Shown in pieces: positions 23,701-38,624 of a stretch of DNA of 64,000 bases (position 1 is the first letter of the stretch; each line of letters begins with the position of its first letter). The notes under the pieces were generated by a model. That model was not told where the DNA came from and ran no database searches. It saw only the letters and a list, made by a program, of their open reading frames with translations. Made by a program: the position numbers and the translations under genes. Location: NCBI GenBank assembly GCA_010093705.1, contig MU006092.1, forward strand, positions 626,623-690,622, written 5' to 3'. The DNA is from Patellaria atrata CBS 101060. Taxonomy: Eukaryota.

Positions 23701-25486
23701 AACAGTGGAGAGACAGAGAATTCGATTGTTGAGAACTTCTTATCCTGAGGATTGACTGGTATTGACGGTAGGAAGTATAAACTTTACCTACATTACAACT
23801 GAGACGTCGTATTTACTACTGTAAGACACATTGTTTCACCTTTATCATAGACATAGATGATAAGCTCGATTTGAGGAACTGACCCACCGTTTGCAATTAC
23901 GCGGTCATGCTTTGATGAATCGGTGGGCTGAATGGTAGAGCTCTTAGTAAAGTCTACAGAATATTCCTTAGTTACATTAACTTCTTTCTAATATCTCTAT
24001 TCTGGTAAAACATCGGCCCTTTGTGCTCGCACGTGCATCGATTCCGCGAGTATCCAGTTTCCGGGTCAAATGTGGACACATCCACAGCTTCAGACGGTTT
24101 TCCAAGCTGATGATGGGATAAAATTTGTGTGCCACGTTATGAACTAGCCGTTGCGCCTTGCAGTCTTAGCCTTGCTAGTCCACGTGTGCGCGGAGATAAT
24201 GCCTTAAAAAGGTTGAGATGCAGATGACTTCGAGGAGTTGGAAGATAGAAGTTATAATAAGGTCTGGACTCTGGGGATGCAAGTACCTGACTAAAGTTGA
24301 GGACTCTGGATCGAAATTACAGGACGCCTTATGTCTTCCCTGATATCAAGTATCCACGGAAAAAGGAAACTTGAAAGAGGTTTGAAGGGACATTTTACGT
24401 GTATTATTCGGGCAATGACACAGTGATATCTTGATTGGGCAGTGAAGTGAAGGGATTTCGAATATGATAGCAAAGCTACTTTTGTATCATCGGGCGGGGT
24501 AAATCATGCAAAATTCTGCCAAAATCGTCAGGTTGACTAGAGAAAACATTATTTGAACTTAATGGTTTGCAGCTAAATTCCTAGCTCAGGGTTAAAACCT
24601 GGCAGAGTACGCAACAGACTAAGGTATAACTTTAGCCTTACGCTCTGTTCAAATCTCTTCTTGAAGTTTATCGGGACGCCATACTTCTCTGAATGCCGAA
24701 TTTCCCGCAGACACCAAGAATGTGCAGCCAATATCAGATTCTCGAGCTACGTATTTCTCCGCTAATTTGTGAAGTTTGAGACAATCGCTTGCAGCGATCA
24801 TAATATGCAATTGACTCGATTGAGTTCGGTCGAGACGTTACTTTGGCCGCAGGGCTTGAAGCAAGCACTTATGACAGTGCAGAATCACCAGAATGCAGAT
24901 CATGCAAAGTGCCGTGTGATCGTAACCATGATTCGCCGGGATCTACTATGGCGGATTAGTAGTGGGGTTCTCCTTTGCGACTCATGTTGTCTACCTCCTG
25001 AGCTCCTGTTGGGATTAAAATAGCGCACCGGGCAGTCGTCCCAGTTTTTAAAGTCAGAGGCACGGCACAAGGTTTACTTAACGATACAAAGGCCCAGGTG
25101 TAAACTAAATCCGGGTAAAACTTGCGAGTTTAAGGTGAACAGATTAGCGAAAGACGATTCGGGCGGTAATAAGATACTTTGATAAGATGCGGTCATTATA
25201 TACGCTTGTGTTGTGTTACTACCACATTATCTAGTTGAGACGCTCTGGTCTGTTGGTTCTAAAGATCCGCTAGGTGAGGGACGGATAGATCAGATGCCAT
25301 GAGATATTGGTAGATCAGTAGGATGGCATATTCCACCAATAGCCCCCAGGGCAACCCTATGGATATGAAGACTAGCTGTATGGTCCGGTTATGATTGGAT
25401 AGCCGACTGAATGTGGAATGCGATATGGGATCGGACGGACTTCGCAGCACTCGATCGATAGGAACTGGGCTGAAGCAGACTCCTTC

Positions 25487-27080
25487 TCAGAGATTTTCAC
25501 TCGTAGAATTACGCGCTTGGGCCATTATTGGTGGTCTTCTTATTCCGATGGAGCTTTCCTCGGAGTTGATGTTGCGAGTCCTCGATTTGACGATATCCAC
25601 GCGGCTCTTTGAGATGCTGATGCCTGGTACAACCCAATGGCCGCAACTACATTGCATGCCCTGCCAGGCATACTTGCCCACATTTGTCTTACATTTGGGA
25701 CATTCAATTCGGCCGTCTAGCTTGCCCTGCTCGAGCTCTGGTCTCATCCATGAGAGTGGGTCCAGAAAGTAGTGAGCACAGTTGGACTGAAGCGGCGAGG
25801 TAGATTTGCTTGCGGATTGGTCATTATAAATGGCCTTGGGCTGGTGGCGAACGATATACTGCGAGGTAGCGAGTGTGCGTCTAAGCGGATTAACATCGAA
25901 GGTCCAAAATCTGCAATGAATGGTTGTGGCAGAATTCCCGTACCTGCATTTTCTGCACCGTAATTCAAATTCGGCAGCTCGTTGTTGGTCGTCATGCTCA
26001 TCCTCAAACCGAATTTTATCTGCTTCAGGAGCTTGTCCACATGCACGACTCAACTCAATTTCACGGTGATACATCCATCTTTGATAAGTAGGAGTGTCTT
26101 CAACATTCTCTGGGGTATGGATTTCGTGATACATCTCAAGCTGTTTCATGAACCCGTCATTGGGTTCACAAATCTTTCGGGATTGCCGAATCTGAGAGAG
26201 AGCCTCAGCGGGCGTGATATTATATCGTTGCATCAAATAAGCAATCACGCAGGTCGCGGACCGCGACTTGCCCATAGCACTAGACGTGAACACATATTGG
26301 TAAGAAGCCGAAAAGAAGTATCCTCTTGTGAAACAGCAAATGCCAACGATAAAAAAAATAGGATGACTGGATAGGAGACAGCGAAGGTAAGGGATTGCTA
26401 ATCTTTGGTCAAGGGCCTCGGCGGCACATCCACTCGGGATTGAAGCAGGCACAACTGGAAGGGGGAAAAATGCTGTGGAGAGAGGCGATACCAGTCAGTG
26501 GGGTGACGCAAAATACCCATTTGACCCGGCAGGTTTTTTTTTGTTTGTTTTTGATGAGAAAGATCGTTGAGATGGCAAAATCGCCAAGACGCGGTGTTGA
26601 ATGAAAAGGGAGGAAACCTGAAAGTCGCAGCAGCTTCAGCTACGCAAGGTACTGTATTAATTGTACTTACCAGTGCACAAGAACGCCGCCCCCATCATCG
26701 AGAGCGTCCTGGATGAAGCGGTTGGTAGAAGGAAAGTGCTCTAAAAGGTTTTCATCCTCGACGTCGTCAACCTCAACTACCATGTGCTTGAAGGTACTGA
26801 ACAACGCTTGATCAAGCGGCAAACGGAGGACGGAAAGGACATGGGTTATGCTCGCCTCCTCAAGTGCTTGTCTTCGTCGTAAGGTGAAAAGCCTACGTAT
26901 ACCTTTAGCCACAACGTTCTTCAAGAACACCGTTAAGGCGAAGTCTCTGCCGTCTTCGCCGTCTTCGCAGGAAGGCTTTGACGATCAAAAGTTGGTGTGT
27001 GCGGATTGTCAGTGCGATTCACGAACCCACCCTCCAATGTAAAGTTGAAGCTCTCCTGGTACTTTATCAAGCAGAGCCAT
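25487..27080 (-). CDS. YVH1: Dual-specificity phosphatase Yvh1/DUSP12 with C-terminal zinc-binding domain
   Basis: MALLDKVPGELQLYIGG..., catalytic VHC/AMGKSRS split by intron 26280-26670, EPNDGF, LRCRKCR, CAHYFLDPLSWM...CPKC...WQGMQCSCG. Confidence 0.93.
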
Positions 27081-28756
27081 AGCAAGCTATGTTTAATTCC
27101 CTGGGCTTTTGGCAGATTTCCCAGATAAACTATGGATCCACGTCTGGTTTCTTGCCCCGTTCCCCGTCTGTGAACGCACAGCGGTGACTTTTATCGCACC
27201 AGGCAAAAATACCCCAGTGCGAAGGTCCCTGTCGGAAAAAGATACTTCAAAATGAATGATAGATGTGTTCGGAAAGATATGGTTAATGAATAGGCTGGTC
27301 TGCACCAGTAGTAAGTTTTGGAAAAGTTGATGGGCTTTTTTGTCTTTTTCGAGGTTGAAATTTCCGGTCTTTTAACGAATGACTCGCGGAAGAATGAACG
27401 GCCGCTTGGCAGCATCCAAAGAGGCTTTTTGTATCTCTAAGCCTCAACAGTAGTAGTAGTAAGTAATAAGGTAGTGAAGTAACTACTGAATTTCAGACTT
27501 CTTAGAGGATTTAGAGACTTTTGAAGTGTTGAGGTGTTTTAGCGGGGACTGTGGAGGAGTTTTAGGTTCGCCGAACACAGCCACAAGAGCTTTGGTCAAG
27601 GACGGGAGCGATATCAACTTCATCAAAGTGGAGGGGGCCAGCCCTACCGTTGCAGGTGGGCTAGAGACAGCTGGGCTATGATACTGTACAAGTATAAGGT
27701 AATCATCACTATTGTAACTACAAATACTATAAAGACATGGCGTAAAAGCCAAGCTAATATTCAATACATTGTCATGGATCGCGGTTTCCCAGTCTTTATA
27801 CCGAGGCAATATCTCGATGTATTCTATATCACCCAACAGGCATATCCCAGCCGATTTCCCCAACATGCACCCTTACCTTACGCTCTACTTGGGTCTATTA
27901 TTCTCATTTTGCACCGTACGAATTTGCAAATAATTATCAATCGTCAATGCAGCTTTTGGTATATGCGGTTTAGGTCATACGCAGGCTACACATCCATACA
28001 TCTGGGGTAAGATCTGGACACCGTAGCTCTTCCCTCCTAACTTTATGCTTGAGGAGATCGCGATGCTGGAGACTTGGTAGTCGTTCACTACTAACAGAAA
28101 CTGACTTGACTCGGACTGAATTCATAAGGAAGAAGGTGGATATTGTTGCGGGATGAGGGCGATAACCACAAAACCCATGGATACCGTACGTTCGGCAGGG
28201 CTGCATAACATCAATAAGGAGCAAGCGCCTGATAAATTTGCTATCTTAGCCCCTGTCCCGACTGGAATTCCTTGCTTACTATACACCTGGTGTGTACAGC
28301 AGCGTACTCCCTATATCTGGCATGGTTCGGGCGTTTGTAATTTTTTTATTTATTTTTTTAGGGAGGGGGCGGCGGTTATACTGTTTAAATAAGTCGTACA
28401 GGTACTGTACTGTACACAGGAGTTTGAAGGTCCTTTTTAAATTTGACCTTACAGCAATCCAGGGCTAAGATAGCAAGGAAATGAAATCTGATCACTTTAA
28501 GAATGTTACACAAGCAATGAGCCACGGCGATGATGGCGTCGATCGTCGTTCAGATCAATTGCGTCGGCAAGGCGTGATTAAGGATATAGTGCGAGATATT
28601 GAGAAACGTAATTAATACGGTGTGAGCCCGATGGTGGGATGGGGGCCAAAGGGGCCTGAATTGGAAGTGTAAAGCTGAATTGAAGGAAAAAAGAGAGAGA
28701 CGGGTCATGATGGGCATGATGATTGCTGCGTGACGGGGGGGCATCGAGATTTGGGG

Positions 28757-28780
28757 GAGAGAGAGAGAGAGAGAGAGAGA
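28757..28780. repeat. (GA)12 microsatellite
   Basis: Directly visible. Confidence 0.9.
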
Positions 28781-30937
28781 TGAAGTGAGACGGGTGCCAA
28801 AAGCCAAGGGTGGGGATAAAGTGGTATTGGTGATTGGACAATCCAAGGGGAACTATAAGGCTGAGATACCCTCACCTTGCCCCGTCGTGCCCGTCCGCCA
28901 ACGCCATTTTGCCCTACCAGAGAACTAAATCAGTTTAGTGGCCGTCACTAGATGCATGCTGTAAAACAGTGGGACTGTGGGACTGTGAGAGAAGAAAAGA
29001 AAGTCCGTAACTTTTTAGGCGCTTCCAATTTCGCTGCAAGCTTGCTTCCGTCGAGATATCGTTAGGTTCAGACGTCCACAGGTGTCCACACTACTGCTGC
29101 TTTTAGATTGTCATCATACGAAAGTAGCACTAAGCACTGCTGACCATCTCTCAGAGAAACGGGCAAACGGGAGGGTAACACGAATGCATAAATACTTTAC
29201 ACAAGTACATCGTTTCCCTCCTATCCATATCCGCCCTGTTTTATCCTCTACCACCCTGCCACGAGACGGGGAGTGATGGCCAATCTGCATGTCGTCAACG
29301 TGGATAGGGCAAGTCCTAGCAGCCGGACGACGGCTGCACTGTGTTCAATGATTGATTGAAACAGGAGCGCTTACTTCCAGGCTCTGATTCACCATGACCG
29401 CTCGGCCCGAGGATTTGGGATTGACATTCGGAACTGTAGCGCTTCGCCATATTGAATACTCGTACAGAAAGCAGCAATAATAGATTTTCAGATAGTTCGT
29501 TTCTTCATGAAATCAGACGCTGCAAGTATCATAGCAAGCTCCATTCTCCCGCACGAGTCTTTTCGGTCTGATTGGGGCGGATAATGCAACGTATGGATAG
29601 GCGGATGGAGGGCAATGGTCATCGCACCAACTGTATTTGCCCGGCTTGCGGGATTCTGCATGACTTCTGGAAAGTGTCGCGCCGAGGGGATGGTTGTCGA
29701 GTTAGGTCTGCAGGTGAGAAGGACTGAAGTAGAGTAGACGAGTGATGATAGAAGCAAAACAGCAAGTTTTCGAAAAGGCCAAGACTGCCTGCATCCATCT
29801 CCACGCCCCCGAACAGCCCTTAGCTGAGAGAAGGCTTTCAAAGGGCTTCAAGGGCTCCAGGGCTCAAGGCTCAGGCTTTGCTCAATTGCTCTAAAGGTCA
29901 CTCCCCATGCTTCGCCGGTCGTAGTCAGGCTGGACGGATCTTCAGGCTTGCCTTTCCTGCCTGCCCTTGCTCCTTATGCTTTGACCAACAATAGGCGGCT
30001 GCTTCAAGTGCTTGTCTTCTCTCCCTTGACCTCTCGACGGCAGTCCACTTTATTGTTATTTTCTGGGTGTGCTTTTCATAGTTCTCTACTCCTCTTCCCC
30101 ATCTCTTTTCCTGTATTTTCCACCTTGCCTTGGGTATTCCCGTCAGACCCTACGTACGCATCCTGCAGACAACAGAGAGCCCAGTTCCCTCGAAGCTGCA
30201 TGCTGCCAACAACTCGTCCTCCATATACTCCTTCGACGACTGGGAGTACCTTTGCTCCTCAACTCCACTCGTATGCATCACCATTGAGTGTGGACAGAAA
30301 ATAGTCGTGCAAAACTGGATCGCGCTGATCCAGACCGTCGAATGGCAGCCGTACTATTGCAACTGAGAGAACCTTGAGCTCCTCCACCCCTTTTCGTGCT
30401 CTGTCTTGTCCAGTCCAGTCCTTTTGTCCCCAACTGTACTCCTATGAGAAAAAGTTGAGCTTCCTCGGGAATACGCAACGCGTTTTGCGAGTGGCTGTGC
30501 GTCTGGTTAGTTGATTTTTTTTTTAATCTTTGTTGTTCTCCAGCTGAACCGTGACCGCTCAGCCAGAACTTGCCCCAAACGATAGGGCTGAACTGAACCC
30601 GACTCCCGTGATGCTAACCTGCTAACTACTCTCCGCGGCAGTTTTATCTCCAGCACCATTACGATATCCCACAATTATTCGTCACGACCACTACCTTAGA
30701 TTTTCTGCGATTGTTGCTTCATTGAATCTTTCAGCAGTTTCTTCTGTACAATTCTTTATTCCTTTCTCCTGCCAGCTCGGACCTTCTCCTGCTGGACCAT
30801 TTACTGGACTCCTTAACCTAAGCGCTCCTATCCATTCTTTACCTTGCCACTTCCGCTTGTGGCGTGCATTGCGACAGTGCCATTCCGCCCGCATCATCAT
30901 TCAGCTTCCTCCAGGTCGTCTCGTAAACATCGTAAAT

Positions 30938-33085
30938 ATGTCTCACGCTACTACGACACCGTCAATACGAATAAATGGTTCTGGTTCTCAGCATAGCCGG
31001 TGCTCGATACCGCGGCGTTCCTCCTCCTATGTCCCTTCATCGATTGCTCCCATGGCAATACCCAATGCTCGAGAACCTCCACCGCCACCGTTACCCCCTC
31101 CCCGTAATATCGGTGATTTAAATAATGGTAACGATCCGGGTTGGCAATGGGGTAATAGCTTCAACGGGTTCGAGGGTAAGAGCGTCAAACCGGGTTCAAG
31201 TCTATTAGGGAACTATCTATCGAAAGAGGAAGACGTTGGGGGAATTGGTGAAAGACCAGACTACGTACTTGCTCGACGGGCTCATTCAATTGCGGCAATT
31301 GGTGGGTTAAGTGTGGATATAAAACGTGGTGGGATAGATTTGGGTGATGAAGATCGTAATTCTTTACCACGGCCGGACGGGTGCGTTTGTATTACTGTCT
31401 TGGTGTACATCATAAAACATTCAGAAATACGCAGCTAACTATGATCTATATAGACTCCAAAGCGAACGCCAGCTTGGACAAAGATCGGTCGCAAACTCTT
31501 CTCAAGCATACGATAAGCAATTACTTTCAAAAATCGGAAATCCTTTGATTCCTACCCGCACGACTGGTTCATCTTTTCTCTCTCCTAGTTCTCAAGATTC
31601 TCCGGTAAATGCTCCAAATGCTCTCGGAAAACTAAACAGCTTGAAACCTTTGTCTGTACCGGAGAGACGGTATAGCGCCATAGATTCCCCCAGTCGTTGG
31701 CCAAATTCTTCCACAAACAGTACCTTGTCCCCTGCTCGGTCGGGATTTCGGAGTCCGATCCTTGAGCATACTCCCATTGAGACGTCAAGTCGACGGTTTG
31801 GAAGCTTTTCGGCAGCAAGTGGTTATGACGAGACAACCTCCACCGCTTCTCACCGCGGGAGCGTCGACCATGGTGTCTTCATGGATCAGGATTTCATCGT
31901 AGAAGAGCATGGCATGCGAGAGCTCAATCTGAACGACAGGAGTCCTTCTGTTTCTGATGAATATCAGCTCGTGACCAAAGGCGGTCTAAAACGCCAAGCA
32001 TCTTCACCGCCTATGGAGGCTTCGCGCGAGGACAGGGCATCTGCATCTGCAACAGGTGGAAATGACCTGTATCACCGTCGCTCGGCGCAGATGTTGGTGA
32101 ATCGTAACTCTCCAGCGAGCAGATTCAACAAACCCAGCTCGGTGTCCTCCGCATCTTCCTTTGGACAACGCACCAGCTCTTATGCGTCGTCGTTTGGCTT
32201 GTCTGTTGCGAGCAGTGCCACCAGCTATAGTGGTGAGAAATTATCACCAAGCGCACTGTCTCCAAGCGCGGAATCGGACTTTGGGCCCGGGTCGCCGTAT
32301 GCAGCTAATACGTCGCTGAATCCCAGTCCACGTGCTTCTGTATCGCACTCACTTCACCAGCGGGTTGTTTCTGAAAACAACGAACCATCATCCCAACCAA
32401 GAAACCGCAAAATGTCGACGGATAGTATAACTTACCCTAGGAAAAAGAGCGTTTCCGGGATTGAGGGACTACACATTTGTGAATGTTGCCCGAAAAAACC
32501 AAAAAAGTTTAACACCGAGGACGAATTACGGTACGTACTAATACCCCTCATACCAATCTCGGCAACGTGCAACGTGCAAATTGCTGACTGCAGCTTAGCA
32601 TACACGAGCTCGAGAAACAATATACCTGCTCTTATTGTCCAAATCGCTTCAAGAACAAAAACGAAGCCGAACGACACCAAAATTCTTTGCACCTTCGTCG
32701 TCATTCTTGGTCCTGTGCTGCTCTAGCTGGCGTTACCGCAGCCTTTCATACGTCAAGCACTCACGGCACGACCGATGTTTGTGGTTACTGCGGAGAGGAT
32801 TTCCCCAATCCACCTAACTGGGAAGCTCGAGCGGAGCACTTGAATCACGTACATAAGTTCGGCGAGTGCAACCAGGCCAAAAAGTTCTTCCGAGCAGATC
32901 ACTTTCGGCAGCATCTAAAACACAGTCATGCTGGCACGAGTGGTAAATGGACCAACATGCTTGAGAATGCTTGTATGAAGGATGAACCCGCACTAAAGGA
33001 ACGATTAAGCTCCGTCAGCTCACTCAGCGGTGGTACTCCTGCAAGCGTCGGTGTTGGAATTGATACCGTCCACGAAGAATCTTAA
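30938..33085 (+). CDS. C2H2 zinc-finger transcription factor (Ser-rich N-terminus, C-terminal finger array)
   Basis: CECCPKKPKKF...HELEKQYTCSYCPNRFKNKNEAERHQNSLH...CGYCG...HLNHVH...FFRADHFRQHLKHSH; introns at about 31381-31453 and 32531-32598; preceded by a non-coding region of about 3.8 kb. Confidence 0.88.
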
Positions 33086-36000
33086 CGCGTTTTGGAACTG
33101 TTTTTGAGCGAGCATCTTTCAGTCTTTCAGTCATTGAGATTCACGTCGCCCTGCATTTTCCGTGGGAAAATTTCTTTTGCATCGCATGCACGATCATGCC
33201 TTCCTCCAATTTTTCACCAGATTGCGGATTTAAGCCCAAAAGTTTTCCCTTTTTAAATGAGCTGATGCGCTCACGGGTTATTTATTAGCATTCTATGACG
33301 GTGTTTCACTAAGACTTCAATGCTACTGCATGTCTCTTCCACGCTGTTCTTTCACGACGTTACGATGGCGTCAATGGTTGATAGTTACGGCCTGCATTTC
33401 TTTCATCAATTGGTGCATTTCTTGAGGATTTATACTTCCGGTTTTGGAACAATGGTGTTCCCAAATTATCTTGAATTTTTAAGAATGTTCCACTTTACGT
33501 CTAATCAATCACACTATTCTTATACGTTGTCGCTACTTCTCTTGTCAGTTTTTATTACCTTCTGCGAGCGGTGCAGCTTTTACGTTCGCAACCTAAAGGA
33601 CTGATAAATGTACTCACTAAATCCCCTCATTGAGATTTCACGCGTAAAGGGAATTTGAAGTCGAATCTAGGAAGAATCAGCAACTTGACGACCTTTGAGC
33701 GCTATCTTGTGTCTCTCAAAACCCTAGAGTGATCACTAATGGTCCAGGGTTCTCATGTCGTTACCTAGTCAACTTGATTAGACTTCTATCATATCTTTTT
33801 CATGCATGTCTCATCAGCATTGGATGATTGATGGGTCCCTAGTAAACATGATATCCTTAGAAGATGATTATAACTCAGATCTAACTATTGAAACGCTCCA
33901 TCGTGTACGGGATGTAAGCACTCTATTCCTTCTCGAGGTTAAACCGACTCTGAGCCGACTTATCTTTTCTTATCAAGATAATAGTCTACACTTGGGTGTC
34001 TCTTTATCCTCGTCGGATTGCCGAATGGTGCACGCGACTCTTACAGTCTTCGCTATAGAATGCTAGTCGCTTGTTAACGCTCTGTGTACCAAGTTTTGAA
34101 ATAAACCTTTAGAACTACGACACAAACAACCGTACGCTCTGTATGTATGATCCGTCTTGACGACTTACATATTAGGTCTAAAATTAAAGACTTTAGCACT
34201 TGTCCAAGGAGTACAACCTCTGCCCTCCTTCCCCCATCTGATGGACGTGCTCAAAGAGAACTGTCAAAGATGTCTCAGTTCCTGAAATATCATGGCCTCA
34301 TTTGTCAAGTCAGTGCAATCTTTTCCCGCACACAAGCTTCACCCTGTATTCACTTCGCAAGTCAAGTCAAAATCTGGAATCTGCTGGTTACAGAACTGCA
34401 ATGTAACGCCTCGTACATCACAAACCTTCGTGAGATTGGTACAAACCAATTCTCGAGCATCGAATGTAACGTCAACCGCAGATAACACACCTATTTAAAA
34501 CGACTGTAAGGAACGACGGAATGACAGACGCGGAGCATCAAATAAGTCCCTTGCACGCACAAATGGATGGCACAACTCGTTCCCCTATTATTGCACGTGG
34601 CGGGTTAAATGAAAATGCCACTGCACGATCCGTTCCTTTACAAAGATCGGTAATTACGGTGTTTGCCACCACGGGAAGGCACACATCCCTGCACGGACAC
34701 AATAGACCAGATTCCTGAGAATTAGCGATAACCAGATCTGCGATGCCGCGCTACAACAACGGCCAAGGGTCTCAGATCGTTATGTCACCGGAATATCTGT
34801 TGGCTGAAGCACGTGAATTCACTATACGGAGCATACTGAAAATAGTTATGGTATGGTCATAGATGTCGTTCTCGAGAAAAAAATTCGGATCTTCGAGCCA
34901 TTGATATCGTTCTACCGCCCGCTGATCAAGGTATCCTGCCACAACCAGAACTACAGTATAACAGCGCTTACTAGATTTGCAAAGAGACTCCTGATGCTCC
35001 ATGGCTCCTTCCGAAGTTCTGAACCGCTGTTCAGATCCTCAAATCCTTTGCGCTTACTTTAAGCTCTCGGTACTCTCGGATTACCCGAGCCTCTGTCATA
35101 CACCCTCATATCATTCGTCAGAAACATACACTGACGATAAATGATAAAGCGCTTATGCGTAAGTTGTCGTTTCGTATCTTCGGGTAGACGCCCTGACGCC
35201 TTGACGCCCTTGTCGCTGGACGCCTTGTGGGGGAAGTCGGACGCCTGAAAAAGCTTTGACCTATCCATACCATGATAATGTTGTCAGATGTGATTTTCAA
35301 ATAATTTGCGCCGACGGCCGGACGAGGAATGTGGGGTCAATTGAGCGTGAGCATAGATGATAGATAGGGCGACGGGGTGGGGGCCTGAAAAGGGGGGGGG
35401 AAGTGGTAAGTGTCTTTGATCATCCTGTTGGAGACAAAAGGAGATGGGTATGAGGCTGACTGCTTAGAACTTTCGAAGCGGTCTAACCTCAGTAAATTTG
35501 CGATTGCATTAATAGTGGTCAAAACCTACAGCATCAAGATTTTGCGTTGTGGTCTGAAACATGATATCGCAACTTATACTCTACGTACAGACTACTGCTC
35601 AATTAAGGATCAAACCCCTGCAACGGTATGGCTATCAACTCGAACCAACAAGCTTATGGACAGGCATCGTGTCTATACGTCGACTCTTGCGGAATGAGGC
35701 GTGTTATCGAGAACCTAATTCGAACATCAAAGGACTTGGCGGATTGCTGTCCCATCTGGTGCATGATATTACACGAGTGCGCCGTTGTCCATGCAGGCGG
35801 ATGCAACTCGAACGGATCCATTTCGATAGTTAGCGTATGAAGCACAGTGGTGAGAATTGCAACTTAGGAAAATGCTGCTGTCGTGAGCCGAAGGAACATA
35901 TTCTAAACTCGAATATGTACATTGGTCAGCTTTTGCCGTATCACTGTCCTCCCCAGTCTTGAGCGGGTGCCACAATAGCTGACAGGATTCCGCTATCTCA

Positions 36001-37878
36001 CGGCCGCGATTCCGAAGAGTTTATATTCTACGCTGAGAGTTATACCACTATATTTGACGCTTGTTACACAAGCATTTCCGCTCCACCGCTCTTCAATGTC
36101 GTTGGAATTTAGCGAGCGTCCGCTAAATAATGTTCTCCCTGTAGGGCTGAACAGTCTTGGGAGTTCGTATTCAAAACCGATTCGATCACGTTTCTGGAGC
36201 TGAATCATATTTCCAGTGATGCAGAGCTTTTTAATGTAAAAGATGAACAGCATATTGAAAGCCGATAACGGACTACATATATGCTTTTACTTATAAGCAC
36301 CATACAGTGGTACAAATATTCTACTAGCACGAGCTTGTGTTACTATAGCCATGCAGCCCTTGTGGCTAGGATGAATGCGTCTAAAGCATTTTAGTACTCC
36401 GTCCTTCATACCTACTGAAAACCTATATCTTGTTCGTTGGTTATCATCTAATCGGCGACATCCAAGCACATGGAATCCACTCATGCGGACTGAAGAAAGC
36501 TCCATGTAGTCCGTCTTTCATAGGTTCCTTACATCGCTTTCCTGCTTGTACAGCTAAATCGAATTCTTCTCACTCATGTATGCAAAAGCTTGCAGCGATA
36601 GCACACTGCTAAAGCATGTATCTCTGCACCCACCGGTCGGGATCAGCTACTTAAGAGCGGACTGACAACCCTTTATCCGTCTGTGCATGAACGAAAATAC
36701 CATACGATAAGCGGTGATGGCCATCAAGTAAGCGTTTCTCTTCAGTCACTTTCGACCCTAATTGTAGATCTGTACCACACCGTTGTGGCCGATCCCTTTC
36801 CTTGTACGATTACACGTTGCTAGTAGTGCAGAGAACGCAAGATGTCCGCCTCTTGCTTGTGGATGATCTCTGTTGAATCGCTCTGTACGACCTTGAAGCG
36901 ATACACGAGACGCCACATATGCAAATAATCGGTCGATGGCTGACACTGGTCCAGTTGAAAGTGAAGCGCCCAGCATGGCTTTCGGTCATCGTCTGGTACG
37001 TAAAGATGACTGAGCGAATGCTACTTGCTAGTTTCATTCAATGCCATATTTCTGGGCACAAAGTATAATTGGGCTGAATATATCGGGTTTGGGGGCCGGA
37101 TGATCGTGTGGAGAAGTGGGCCTTGAGGTTTCCTTCCTACGCATCACACAAATGACACTGCCAAGAAACCGTTCAATAGGACTCTAGAGTATCGCGCCCG
37201 TTAAGCCCCCATTGGCCATCGCGTTCGAACTGTGGCCCTTGCTCCATCGAATGGCTGACCTCGTCCCGTAGGGCGGACAGAACTTGTGGAGAGCTAGGCT
37301 GATAACAGGGCTGAAAAGCCAAGATTAGCACATGATTCATGAATGAAGTATTGCTGAGGGAAAATTGCTCCTTTGAAAACCAAGCAGGTCAGACGATATA
37401 TTACTTTTTAACTAACCTTTAGGGCGCGTTGAGCACCCCGGAGGTTCGTATTAAAGTGATTGGGTTGACCTCGCATCAACGTTGCACTAATGCGTGTCAG
37501 ATACTTCATTAGTCAAGGATTATCCGTTGACGATTTCGAATACTATCAGAATGGTTCAACAATCGATACGGCAACACCTGCCGTGTTCAGGGTGTTGTAC
37601 AGTATTATTGATCACAACTGCCCACATGAGTACATGCTCGTCTCAAAATACATTCAATTGGTCTAGTATACGGCAGAGAAAGCGCAATTGAGACTAGCAG
37701 ACTTGCCATACTATGAATTTTAGTGACACTGCATAAGATAATTATTCTTCCGTATTTCATGATATGGTGTTGTGAGTTGGTGGACACGGGAAGATGAACA
37801 ACTCCATAGAGTACCATGAACCAAAGGAATCAAGCCCACATAACATGATTAAAGGTTTGTACAGTACAGTATCTCTAC

Positions 37879-38624
37879 TCATGAAGGGTCACCAGTCGGA
37901 ACCGATGGGAAGAGACTCGGGTTCTTCAACCGCTCACGATTACGCTTCGCTTGTTCCGCTTGTCTAATACGCTGGATGCGAATATCGTGGAAATTCCTAA
38001 GGTAGACTTCGTGAGCATAGGGCTATTCTTCGAAAGCACTATACACATAACGGAGAGGGGCTCACTTCTTCAAGGAGTATATGCGGGGTTCCGACACCTC
38101 GGCCTCCTTTTGTGACAACGCCTTGATCTGAACGACTCAGTTCACCGCTATTGGGAAACATTCATGATGGTATAGTACCTTGTCGTCTCTTTCCTTCTCA
38201 TCCGTATCTTCATCATTTGGGTTTGCTTTAACTTCATCTACTTTATCCTCTTTCTTATCATTGGCCTTATCTTTATTCTTGGCTTTTTTTTTCTCCTTCT
38301 TGAGCCGCTGCTTCTCTTCGTACTCTTTCTTGACAAACTCTATCTCTTTTTGTAGTTCCTCTTTCTTCTTACGGTCCTCTACCGCTTTCACCTCTTCTTC
38401 ATCGGGGACAGCGAAACCGCGGTCCTTGAGGTGCCCAGGACATATATGAAACCAATCCTTTGATCTATCAGATATTGATTCTCATCACGGGACTGGGTGA
38501 GTTGCTTGCGTGCCTTATTATCTTCGGTGATAAGGACGTGCGTGGAGGGCTTATAACAGATCCAACACGCCTTCGCGGACGTGTCTGCCACCCGGCGATG
38601 GTGCCATACGTTTGACAGAGCCAT
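37879..38624 (-). CDS. VFA1: Vps4-associated protein Vfa1 (DUF1742)
   Basis: MALSNVWHHRRVADTSAKACWICYKPSTHVLITEDNK/DWFHICPGHLKD, lysine-rich coil, PRIYSLK/NFHDIRIQR...LFPSVPTGDPS; three introns, the first GC-AG (38458-38513). Confidence 0.85.

Noticed and set aside
22600..25400. Gene-free stretch as a possible transposon relic
   Set aside because: No transposase or RT motifs, LTRs or TIRs recognised; only short unrelated ORFs.
33600..37800. About 4 kb with many 60-110 aa ORFs and a short GACGCC repeat near 35190
   Set aside because: No recognisable domains or consistent exon chain; treated as intergenic, though a diverged gene cannot be excluded without a search.
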